Positions 1 to 9,800 of a DNA stretch of 32,000 nt are shown here, piece by piece (position 1 is the stretch's first letter; each line of letters opens with the position of its first letter). This DNA comes from Micromonas pusilla (Eukaryota), in NCBI GenBank assembly GCA_000151265.1, contig GG663735.1:1380854-1412853 (forward strand), given 5' to 3'. The translations under genes were made by a program, and so were the position numbers. A model generated the notes under the pieces. That model was given only the letters and a program-made list of their open reading frames with translations, did no database searches and had not been told where the DNA came from.

Positions 1-1074
1 CAGAACGTGATGCCCTTATCCTGCGGCGTCACGAGCGGATTACACGGGTGCTGCCAGTACCGCGTCGCGTAGTCGGCGTCGGGGACGTCGCCGCACCCGA
101 GAATATTCCTCCCCGGACACGGCGCCACGTCCGGCGGCGGGCATCTCGTCGCGCCGGCGGGGCAGTCGTACACCACGCACGTCTCCATGGACGGCACCGG
201 ATCCAGGCACTGCGTCACCTTCCAAGTGCATCGCGTGAAGTTCGCGTCCCACACCGCCGCGGAGGCGTAGTCGTACTTCCGCGGGTCGCCGCTGTAATTC
301 AAGTTCGGGACGCCGCCGTACTCGCGCATGTGTATGGTCAACGGTAACGCCTTCACGTCTTCCGTTGTCGTTTTCGTTCCCGAATTCGCATCGCCGCCGT
401 CGTTCGACGCCGCGCGGACGTGCACGAGGAACGACGTGTCCTTCTGGAGGCGGCAATACGGATCCGTCGCGGCGTCGCCACCGCACGCGCACGAAAACAT
501 CTTTCCTCGCTCCCACGCGTCGTCCCCGCCCCCGCCCCCGCCGTTCGGGAGGAGGAGCTCCTCTCGCGTGGGGACGACGCACGCGCTCGTGCACCCTTTC
601 GCGGCGACGCCGCGACTGTTCCGTGGGCACGAGGCGACGGACGTGCACGCGCCGCAGTCGACGCCGCTCCATCCGCGGGGGCACGCGCCGACGTCGTCGT
701 CGTCGTCGTCGTCGTCGTCGCGCGGGGAGGCGTCGTCGTCCGCGGCGACGCAGTGCGCGCAGTTGGCCGGGTGCGGGCTCCGCGACGTCCACAGCGACGC
801 GTTGTTCTTACACGGGGGATCGTGCGCGTCGTACGCGTTCGAGCACTCTGCGCGCGGGCCGGGCGAGGGGGGGTAGGGAGGTCGCGAGGGTCGGGTCAGC
901 GGGACGGCGACGTCGCGACGATTGATTCATCGCATCGCATCGTTCATTCCTCGAAGGATGCGGATGGGCGGGGCGGTCGTCGCGCGCACCTTCGTACGTC
1001 GCGACCTTCGCGGAGGCGCCCAGCGACGCCGCCAGCAGCGCGAGCGCGCACAGGACGACGCCCGCGCGCGGCAT
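1..1074 (-). CDS. secreted cysteine-rich protein, C-terminus beyond window edge (2 exons seen: 990..1074 and 1..847)
   Basis: ATG at 1074-1072 opens a signal-peptide-like MPRAGVVLCALALLAASLGASA. Exon 1 ends ...ATYE G|gtgcgcgcg (donor GT at 989-988). The acceptor is cgcgcag| at 850-848. Exon 2 is in a frame absent from the ORF track because it runs off the edge. It reads ECSNAYDAHDPPCKNN...SPRDDDDDDDDDVGACPRGWSGVDCGACTSVASCP...KMFSCACGGDAATDPYCRLQ...FTRCTWKVTQCLDPVPSMETCVVYDCPAGATRCPPPDVAPCPGRNILGCGDVPDADYATRYWQHPCNPLVTPQDKGITF with no stop down to base 1. The phase-1 junction closes exactly (G+AG = Glu). CxxGWxGxxC is EGF-like, but I recognise no family. Confidence 0.6.
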
Positions 1075-1331
1075 GACGAGCGCCGCCGGTGGGCGCGTCG
1101 CCGAACCCGCCGCGCGTCGGAGACTGCAGATCCGACTGGACGTGCCCGGAGCGCTGTCATTTCGTTCGACAGGACTGATGATGAGCAGAAAAGTAACAGC
1201 GGCGGAGTGCGTAGACTACCGAAGGGGGGCGCGAGACGCGTGTGATGATACTGTAGATAAGGTGGTTATGATGTGTGCGTCGTGACGTATGTACACTCGA
1301 TAACGCGCTCCTACCGTCGCGCTACCGCTCG

Positions 1332-3523
1332 TCACACCTGAAGCACCCCCTCCTCCACGAGCATCCGCTGCCGCCGCCGCTCGAGCGCCAGCCGCTTATC
1401 CGCGGCGTATTCCCGCCGCGCCCGCTCCAACGCGCCCTCGGACATGTACTCGGGCGGCACCGAGTGCGTCTCCGGCGCGCGCGAGAGCTCGTCCGTCATC
1501 GCGACGTGACGTTTCGCGCGGCGAAGCGACGGCGTCGCGTATTCCGGCGGCGGCGGCACGTGTCCACCGCTCATCATCGCCCTCGCGGTGGGCCGCGCAG
1601 CGCTTTGCGGGGGAAGACTGGCTCTGAGACGCTCGCGAGAGATTTGCGGCGACGGCGGCCGGCGCGCCTCCTGCTGCGGCGGCGGCGGGCGTCTCGCGGC
1701 CGCGGCCGCCTGCGCCGCTGCCTCCGTCGCCGCCCTCTGCGCCGCCGCCGTCGCCTGCTGCAGCTGACGATTATGCTCCATGCTCACGCGCAGTCCGCCC
1801 TTCAACTCCTCGAGCATCTGGGGGTGGAGTTGAAAGGCGTCAGAAGCGGAGTTGAAAGGCAACGCGGTCGGATATTGAAACCGTGGGGTGGACGGAGAGA
1901 GACGCCGGGAAGAGAAAGTCCTTAAGGAATGGCGTTCACCACGCGAACGGGGTCGTATGGGAACCAGTGTGCGGGACGCGCCTGCTTCGCCTCTGCGGCG
2001 GCGGCGAGCGTCTCCGACGCCGCGCGACTCACCGGCGCCGCCATGGGGTCCTCCCGCGTCCTCGACCGCGACCGCGGCCGTCCTCGGTGCGCCTGCGGCG
2101 TCGGCTGCCTCGAAGCCATCTGCTGCGCCATCTGCTGCTGCACCGCGCCCGCGCGTTGCGACTCGGCGAGGTACTGCCGCACCATCTCCGCGTCGTCGAC
2201 GGCGAGCATCAGGTCGCCCTCCGTCTGCGCCTTGACTTGCTGCGCGTGCGCGAGTTCTTGGCGTAAGAGCTGCATCTCAGCCTCGAGCGCCTCGCGCTCG
2301 CGGCGTTCCGCGGCCGCGCTGACGTTCGCCTGGTCCGCGGCGCGCATCGCCGCCGCCGCCGCCGCGCGCGCGTCCTCCATCGCCTGCATCACGCCGTGAT
2401 GCGCGTGCGACTCCGCCGCCGCCTGCCCCGGGACTTTACCGGTGAACATCATCATCATCATCCGGTCCGCGCGCTCGGCGCGTTCGCTTCGCTCCGCGCG
2501 CTCCGCGCGCTCGGCGCGTTCCGCTCTCTCCGCGGCCGTGTCCGCGGGCGGCGGCGGCGGGTGGTACTGCGGCGGCGGCGGCGGCGGCGGCGCGGGCGCG
2601 ACTTCGTGGCCGTAATACTGCTGGTACGCGCGCGGGTCCGCGTTCGCGAGGCGCGCGCGGAGGTCGTTCAACTCGTTGAAGACGTTGTTGCCGTGGTAGT
2701 TATCGCCGCGTCCGTTGTTGCCGTGGCCGCCGCGGCTGCCGCCGCGAATCTCGTGGTCGTTCGGGCCGAGCGACTGTCCGATGCCCGCGTTGGCGCTGAC
2801 GCCGAGGGAGTACCTCGCCAGGTCTTCCAACGCGGCGATGCGCGAGTTGACCTCCGCGAGCGGTATCTGCGTCGCCGCCGCCGCCGCCGCGGACTTGTAC
2901 GCCGGCGGCGGCGGGACGTTCTCGACGTTCTCCGGCTCCGGGTCCGCCGGCGGCGGCGTCGGCTCGCGCACGGACGGCGCCGGCGTCGGCGTCCTGGCGC
3001 GGTCGCCCGCTTTAATCTTCGCGAGTCCGGCTTTCATCTTCGCTAATCCGGACAGCTTCGCCGCGGACGGCGCGATCGGCTGGTCCCCCGCGACCGCGGC
3101 GATGGCGTCCACTTTCGCTTTCGCTTTCAGCCACTGCGTGCCCGGGTACTTCGGCACGTCCCCAGCCTCGGACGGCGGTATCGACCCCGCGGGCGTGGGC
3201 GGTTTCGACGTCTTCTTTTTCATTCCCATGGTCGCGTTGACCATCGTCTTCACCTCCTTCGCCTTCGCCCACTTCGACCCGGGGAGGAGCGCCTTCGGCG
3301 GCTCCGCGGGCGCCGCGGGCGCGGCGTCGCCGCCGCCGCCCGCGGCCGCTGCCTCCTCGGCCGCGAGCGCCTTCGCGCCGAGCTTCAGTCGAGTTGACAT
3401 CTTCGTCAGCGACTTCGCTTTCGCCCATTTCGACGCCGCTTTCGGTTCGATCGCCTCGGTCGGCGCGTCGCCGCCTTCCGCGGGATCGTCCGTCGGGACT
3501 TCCGCGGGGGCTTCGTCCGCCAT
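1332..3523 (-). CDS. low-complexity Ala/Pro/Lys-rich protein of unknown family (2 exons, intron is an introner-like element)
   Basis: ATG 3523-3521 (MADEAPAEV) is the first ATG after the AT-richer spacer 3530-3720. The frame stays open to 1943. Track ORF 1332..1862 continues the frame after an acceptor ...ctgacgcctttcaactccacccccag|ATG (CAG at 1820-1818). The donor is either CGC|gtggtg (GT at 1942-1941) or CAG|gcgcgt (GC at 1981-1980); both are phase 0. The product has repeated basic boxes (SKWAKAKS, SKWAKAKE, TQWLKAKAK, LAKMKAGLAKIKAG), Pro runs and (ERA)n from 9-bp repeats near 2461-2530. Confidence 0.6.
1818..1981 (-). mobile_element. introner-like repeat element, copy 1 (sense orientation, forms the intron of gene 1332..3523)
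   Basis: About 80 percent identical (manual alignment) to 28284..28442. Shared blocks are gcacactggt, cccatacgacc, gtggtgaacgcc, tccttaaggactt, ttcccggcgtctctctccg, tttcaat, gcctttcaact and ctgacgcctttcaactccacccc. It begins right after AG with GCGCGT (copy 2 has GTGCGT) and ends CCCCAG. It contains an internal direct repeat of gcctttcaact. Confidence 0.7.
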
Positions 3524-3858
3524 GTTGAGGGCGTGCGCGAGCCGGGTTGGGGAGCGCGACGGCCCGAGACGGCTTTGAGCCGTTAACGATAGAAATCGTG
3601 GTTTTGTGTCGCGAGTTCCGGGAAGTGCCAAAAATGGGGGGCCTAATTTCATCGGTAAATCACTTTTTTGATCGGCATCTCTGAAGCCGGAGAACATTTT
3701 TTAAACCGCGTTTTGAAAGTTGTTTTCGCCGCTCTCGCCGATCAAGTCACGTAGGGCGAGCCCGGCCCGGTTGCGTGGCGGCAGGCGCAGGCGGTCAGGC
3801 GCGATCTCAGAGCCTCTGAAAGGATAGCGACGCGACGCAGCGACGTCGACACTTCGAG

Positions 3859-5847
3859 ATGCACGCCCTCACGCACGGCCTCGGCGCCGCCGCGCTCCCC
3901 CTCTCGCGGGGCGCGCCCGCGCCGCGATGCCGCGCCGCCGCCACCGCGCGCCGCGTCGTCGCCCGGCCGCGCGCGAGCGCGACGGCGACGTCGAGCGACA
4001 GCGCGACCGGAGGGACGACGATCTCCGCGGAAGAGCTCGACCGCGACGCGACCGCGGGGAACCCGCTCATCGGCATCACGCCCGATCGCGTGCCGATGGT
4101 CAAAGCCGCCGCGGACGGGTCGTCGCCCACCGCGGGGTCGTTCAACTGGACGAAGCAGTGGTACCCGGTCGCGGTGATCGACCTGATCGACGCGACGAAG
4201 CCGCACCCGACGCAACTCCTCGGCGTCGATCTCGTCGTGTGGAGAGACGGCGACGGGCGATGGAGCGCGTTCGAGGACAAGTGCCCGCACCGCCTCGCGC
4301 CGCTGTCCGAAGGCCGCGTCGAGGACGACGGCACGCTTCTGTGCGCGTACCACGCGTGGAGGTTCGACGCGGACGGGAAGTGCGCGGACATGCCGCAGGC
4401 GAGCTCGCGCGAGGAAGAGGAGCGGGTCAAGTCGAACCCGCGGTCGTGCGCGTTTGCGCGCCCGACGATGGAGGCGCAAGGACTCGTCTGGGCGTGGGGC
4501 GAGGGCGGGAAAGAGGCCGAGATCGAGGCGCGGATGACGCCGCCGTTGCTCGTGCCGGAGATCGAGGGCGTCGGGAAGAACGGCGAGGCCCCGGGCGGGG
4601 CGTATCGGAACCACTGGCAGGTGAGAGACATGCCGTACGGCTGGGCGGCGTTTTTTGAAAACGCCATCGACCCCGCGCACGCGGTCGTGTCGCACCACAC
4701 GCTCGTCGGGTCGCGGTACGACGATCCCGCCGGGTTCAAGTGCGTCGTCGAGCGGCCGATGACCGCGGAGGCTGGGTTCAGATGCGCGCTCGACCCCGCG
4801 GTGCCTCCTTTCAACACGATCGGGAAGTACGACGCGGAGACGTCCTACGATTTTCAGCCGCCGTGCCTCTTGAAGATCGACTGGCGGCACGAGCAGGCGC
4901 GGTTCCTGACGTCGCACTACTGCGTCCCGACGCGACCGGGGTGGTGTCGGCACTTTGTCGCGACCGTGTGCCAGCGAGGCGAGGGCGAGAGCGTGCGGCA
5001 GCACCGGTGGTTCAAGCTGAATCTGTTCACCTTGACGTCGCCGGCGTGGATGACGCACGTGCTGGGTCCGACGTTTTTGCATCAGGACATGGTGTTGCTC
5101 CACCAGCAGGAGAAGATCATCGCGAACGGGGACGGGCAGGCGCTCGCGGAGAAGTGGAAAGACCAGGTGTTCATTCCGACGGGCGCGGATAAGATGACCG
5201 TGATGTTTTATCAGTGGTTCGGCAAGCACGGGCCGGTGCCGTGGGAGGGGCAAAACGCGGAGATGCCGCCGATCGAGCGCGACCACTCGAAGCTGTTCGA
5301 CACGTGGGAGATGCACACGAAGTACTGCACGCACTGTCAGGGCGCGCTGCGGAACACGGAGATCTTGAAGAACGTCGCGCTCGTCGCGGGAGGCGCGAAG
5401 GCGGTGTGGTTCGCGTGTCTGTGCGCGTTCGCCGCGTCCGCCGCCGGCGCCGCCGGCGGCGACGCCTCCGTCGTCGACGTCTTCGGTAACTTGCCGTCGT
5501 CCGCGGGCGGGGAGCTCTTCTCCGCGCTCTCTCTGTTCGGCACCGCGTACGGCCTCCACGGGTTCGCGGGCATGTTCAGGTCGTACCCGTTCTCGCACGC
5601 GGAGGAGGACATCGTCATGGAGGGCACCGCGAAGATTGGCCTGGCCAACGACGGCCCCTCGCCGTACATCGACTTCGTGGACGACTCGCTGTTCGGCGGC
5701 GCGGATAAGCGAGGGAAGCCGCACGCGGGCGGGTGCGAGTGCTCGGGGTGCTCGCCGCACTTCCAAGGCATTCGCAGCGGGGTCTTGGCCGCGCGGAAGG
5801 AGAAGCAGGCGAAGAAGGAGGCGGAGGCGGGCGCGCCGGCGCGGTGA
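3859..5847 (+). CDS. Rieske [2Fe-2S] non-heme iron oxygenase, PAO/Tic55/PTC52 family, probably plastid-targeted
   Basis: Uninterrupted 662-codon ORF from ATG 3859 to TGA 5845-5847. Rieske motif CPHRLAPLSEG...CAYHAWRF. Mononuclear iron motif ENAIDPAHAVVSHH (E-x3-D-x2-H-x4-H). C-terminal CTHC (CxxC). Two hydrophobic helices, VALVAGGAKAVWFACLCAFAA and LFSALSLFGTAYGLHGFAGMF. Ala/Arg/Ser/Thr-rich N-terminal leader. Confidence 0.9.
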   Translation: MHALTHGLGAAALPLSRGAPAPRCRAAATARRVVARPRASATATSSDSATGGTTISAEELDRDATAGNPLIGITPDRVPMVKAAADGSSPTAGSFNWTKQWYPVAVIDLIDATKPHPTQLLGVDLVVWRDGDGRWSAFEDKCPHRLAPLSEGRVEDDGTLLCAYHAWRFDADGKCADMPQASSREEEERVKSNPRSCAFARPTMEAQGLVWAWGEGGKEAEIEARMTPPLLVPEIEGVGKNGEAPGGAYRNHWQVRDMPYGWAAFFENAIDPAHAVVSHHTLVGSRYDDPAGFKCVVERPMTAEAGFRCALDPAVPPFNTIGKYDAETSYDFQPPCLLKIDWRHEQARFLTSHYCVPTRPGWCRHFVATVCQRGEGESVRQHRWFKLNLFTLTSPAWMTHVLGPTFLHQDMVLLHQQEKIIANGDGQALAEKWKDQVFIPTGADKMTVMFYQWFGKHGPVPWEGQNAEMPPIERDHSKLFDTWEMHTKYCTHCQGALRNTEILKNVALVAGGAKAVWFACLCAFAASAAGAAGGDASVVDVFGNLPSSAGGELFSALSLFGTAYGLHGFAGMFRSYPFSHAEEDIVMEGTAKIGLANDGPSPYIDFVDDSLFGGADKRGKPHAGGCECSGCSPHFQGIRSGVLAARKEKQAKKEAEAGAPAR

Positions 5848-5920
5848 CGTTATATTTTTGATTTCAAAAGATTACTACAGCGGCGTTTTTTGGGTCGTGG
5901 TTTACTGAACCCCTCTTTCT

Positions 5921-6592
5921 TCACTCTTCGTCCGTGCTGTCCATCGACGGCGGCTGCGCCGGCGGCTTGTCGAACTTATCGCCGATCGCGGAGAGGTACG
6001 GCGACGCTTGCCAGCACGCGTACCCGGTCCCCGCGAGCGCGAGGAAGAATCCGAATCCGCCGACGGCGACGACCATGATGAGACCGAGAAACACCCCGGT
6101 CGCGCCCATGATGCCGTAGCCGACCACGGGCGCGTCCTCGCCCGCTTCCTCCGCGAGGTTGATCACGGGCGCGAGCCACCCGGGCGCGGCGATGGACGCG
6201 TCGGGGGGCTTCATGAGGTCCTTGACGAAGTCCGGGAGGCCGCCCTCTTCCGCGCGGACGACCAGCCGCGCGCCGCGGCGAGAGCTCGCGCGGTCGAGCG
6301 CGATCGCAGCCTTGGACGCGCTCGGGAGCTGGACGCCTGCGAGGTCGTCGACGAGGCGAAGACGGAGGGCGCGGGGGAGGCGGCGGTGAGACGGAGGACG
6401 GCGTCGGTCGACGCGGAGCGAACGCGATCGTGGCGGGAAATAATCAAGTCATCCGGATGGTGTATTTATCCTCGCGACGAGCGAACCGAGCTCGGCGAGA
6501 GACGCACCGCCGAGCGCCTTGCGCGAGGAGACGCGCGCGCGAGGCGCGGACAGCGCCGCGTACGTCGCGGCGGAGCTGACGATGACGGACAT
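5921..6592 (-). CDS. small membrane protein with transit-peptide-like leader (exons 6508..6592 and 5921..6336), family not recognised
   Basis: ATG at 6592-6590. Exon 1 (MSVIVSSAATYAALSAPRARVSSRKALG) ends G|gtgcgtctc (GT at 6507-6506). The acceptor is cctcgcag| (CAG at 6339-6337). The phase-1 junction closes (G+GC = Gly). A weaker alternative donor G|gttcgc at 6486 has the same phase. Exon 2 reads VQLPSASKAAIALDRASSRRGARLVVRAEEGGLPDFVKDLMKPPD...VVGYGIMGATGVFLGLIMVVAVGGFGFFLALAGTGY...SMDSTDEE, followed by a stop. Confidence 0.5.
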
Positions 6593-6854
6593 GCTCGCGT
6601 GCGTGGTGTGTTTGTGTCGGCGCGCGCGCGGCGTTCGGCGGATTAAACGTCTCGCTGAGCTGGCTGATGGCCAGCTCATTCGCGACGCCCAATGAATTGC
6701 GAACAAAGCGAATCTGTATGCGTTATTAGTCAGAGCTGGACGGGCGTCGTACGTAGTACGCGTATGTACCAGAAAGGGAAAAGCTTGGCGTTTTTTTATA
6801 CGTGTATTCAAACCGACCGGCGCGGCGTCCGCGTCTCCGCCGCCGCTCGTCCCT

Positions 6855-9800
6855 TCATCCCTTCGCGCCGACGATTGACGGCGTCAACCCCGCGTCGATC
6901 GCCGCCGCCCTCTTCCACGTATTCTCCCACAACCCCTCCGGCGCCCCCGGCGCGAGCGCGCCGCTCGCGGACATCACCAGAAGCATGTTCTTCACCGCCT
7001 CCGGAACCGCCTCCTGCAGCTCCTCGCTCTTCGCGTGCTTCAGAAGCTTCTCCATGGCGTCCAAGATCGCGTGCCACGTCGTCGCGAACTGCGTCGGCGT
7101 CGCCGCGGACAGCATCCCTCCGAGGTACTGCAGAAACGTCTTCGCGACGACGCCCACGCCGATGCGCGCGGTGCGCTCCGCCGCGACGCGCGCCTCCGCC
7201 GCGGCGGGCGTCCGCCCCGCGCCCGCCGCGCGGCACCGCTCCCCGAGCGCGGCCGCCATCGGAAGCAGCGCGCCGTCGATGAGCATCATCCAGTGCGTCG
7301 GCGGCGCGTGTAACCCCTCCGCGGCGAGTAACACCCTCTGCAGCGTCAAAAGCGCGTCGTCGCGCACGCCCGCGCGCGATTCGCTCTCGCCGACGCGTCG
7401 AAGCTCGCCGACGACGTCGTTCCACGGCCCGAGCAACGCGTGCGCGCGCAGCGACGTCACCGCCTGCTCCGGCGGCGGCGGCGACGCGCCCTGCGGGGAC
7501 GTCAGCGACGCGAACGCGAGCGCGGTCTCGACGGCGTCGTCGCCCTGGCACCACGCGCACATGGACGCGCACGCGGAGGAGAGCAAGGAGATGGCCGCGA
7601 TCGATCGCGCGTCGCCGCCTTGCGTCGCGTCGACGAACGCGGCGGCGGCTTCGACGAACGACTTGACGTTCCACGGGCGGACGCGGCTCTCGACGATCGC
7701 GCCCTCGGCGGTCGCCGCCGCCGGGGTCGCCGCGGAGGCGCCCTCGGCGGCTCCATCCTCCGAGGCGACCGCCGCGCCCATGATCCGAGACAGCGCGCTG
7801 AACCCGTGCGCGGCGGCGTCGGGGTGCCGCGCCGACGCCATCAGGAGTTTACAAATCGTGTCCCACCCTTTCTGCGTCCTCACCTTATCCGCCGCGACGG
7901 AGACGAGGACGCAGAGCTCGCGCGCGATGCGTTCGATGAACGCGTCCGCGACCGCGGGCTCGAGCGCGAACATCAACCGCAGCGAGTCCAGGAGCTCGTC
8001 CGAGAGATTTAAATCGTCCGAGACGGGGAGGAGCCGGCGGCAGACGCGCACGAGCTCGAAAATCGCGCGCTCGACGAGCGGCGACGGCGCCTTCGCGCTC
8101 TGCACGACGATCCGCAGGTACCCGTACACGTGCGGCAGGAGCGCCTTCGCGCGGTCTTTGTTGCGCAGCGTCACGCCGACGAGGACGTCGAGGCAGAAGA
8201 GCGCGACGTCCTCGTCCTCGGGGCCGGCGACGACGAGCCCGGCGCCGGCGCCGCCGCCGGCGGGCGACGCCGCCGCGCCGCTCGGCGTTCCCGGGTTGCT
8301 CTCCGTCGCGTTGCCGCGCGATGGGCCGCCCGCCGACGTCAGCGCGCGGACGAGGTGAAGCAACGCCTCTGGTTCCAAAAACTTCGAGTTGTCCGCGAAG
8401 ACTTCGTCGACGCGGCACGCGTCGACGCATCGAATCGCGCGCTCCTCCGCGGCTTTTTCCGCCTCCGTGAGCGGCGCCTCTGCGGCGGCGCCGCCGTAGT
8501 AGTCCGCGTCCAGGCTCAAGAACCGGAAGAAACTGCTCGAGGCGGACGACTTCTTCGCGAGCTTCGCGTCCGGTTTCGACGTCGACGCTTTGCCGCCGTC
8601 GAACGCGCGCATCGTCCCGCCGTCTCGCTCGTCCACGCCGAGACCGGTTCGGACTTTTTCCGAGAGCAAACCGAGCTTTTGCAGGCGCACGACGAGGTCG
8701 AGCAAGTGACGCCACCCCCCGCGGAGGGAGTCGCCGTACCGGTTCGCGACCGTGAACGCGGTCACCGCCGCGGTTCGCGCTTTATCGTCCTCGCCGAATC
8801 GCACGGACGCTCTCTTCGACGTCGCGGAGGAGGACGACGACGACGACGACCCGCCGCCGCCGCCGCCGCCGCCGCCGTCGCCGCGAAGATACGGCGGCGC
8901 CGCGAACTTACACAGCGTCGACACGAGGTGGTCCATCACGTCGCACAGTTTGTGGTGCCCCGCGACGCGCGCGATCCCTAAGAACCCGTCCAGGGCTTCC
9001 TTCAAGACGCTCTCGTCCACCGCGTGGTCGAACACGATCGACGTCGCGGCGACGGTGGGGGACCACACGATGGCGAAGAGGTCCGCGTCGTAGAGCACCG
9101 CCTCGTCCGCCTCGGGGATTTGCAGCATCCTCCCTTTGCCGTCTCCGCACGCGCGCATCATGTCCACCCACCGCGACGGCGTCAACGTCGGCGCGGACTC
9201 GTCTGTGAGTTTGATCTCGTCCTCGACGATCCCGTCGAATATGGACTCGAGCGTCTCTCTCGGCCAGTCCTCGCCGCCGTTGGTGCCGCGGTTGTTGCGG
9301 ACGAACTGCTCCAGCGTCATCTTCCGCTTCACCTGCGGGTTGTGCTGATCCGTGTTTAACATGATGATCGAATACGACAGGACGTACGCGCTGTCCGCGT
9401 CCGCGACCGCGTCCGGGTTCGCGCCGTAGTAGCGCGCGGCGAACACCTCGAGTATCCTCGAGATTTTCTGCGCCTCGCCGGGGAGCTTGAATCCGTCCAG
9501 AAACGACCGCAACGCCTTGTCCAGGGTCACGCCTTTGAAGTTGAATATGTCCGCGTACTGTTTCAACACCGACACGTTGAAGTCCTTGTGATCGCCGAGG
9601 TACTCGCCGACGACCTCTTTGTCCAGCCCCGGGGTGTACCTCAGGAACCGCGCGACCGCGGTCGGCTCGAGCGGGTCCGGAAGAAGCTTGATCTCCTGCG
9701 TGTACGCGAGACCCTTCTTCATCGACCGATTGAAGTGCTCCGCGCACGTCAACAGCCGTCGCTTCAGATGCCGCGCGCGTCGCAACGCCGTCGCGCGTTT

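Noticed and set aside
40-792. 250-aa Arg-rich - strand ORF listed in the track at the left edge
   Set aside because: It is in the wrong frame. The neighbouring - strand frame, which is open to base 1 and so not listed, encodes a Cys-rich protein that joins in phase to a signal-peptide exon.
3742-5766. 674-aa ORF on the - strand overlapping the Rieske oxygenase gene
   Set aside because: The product is Arg/Ala/Pro/Val-rich with no motifs, and it is exactly antisense to a + strand ORF with complete Rieske, iron and CxxC motifs. This is a typical GC-driven shadow ORF.
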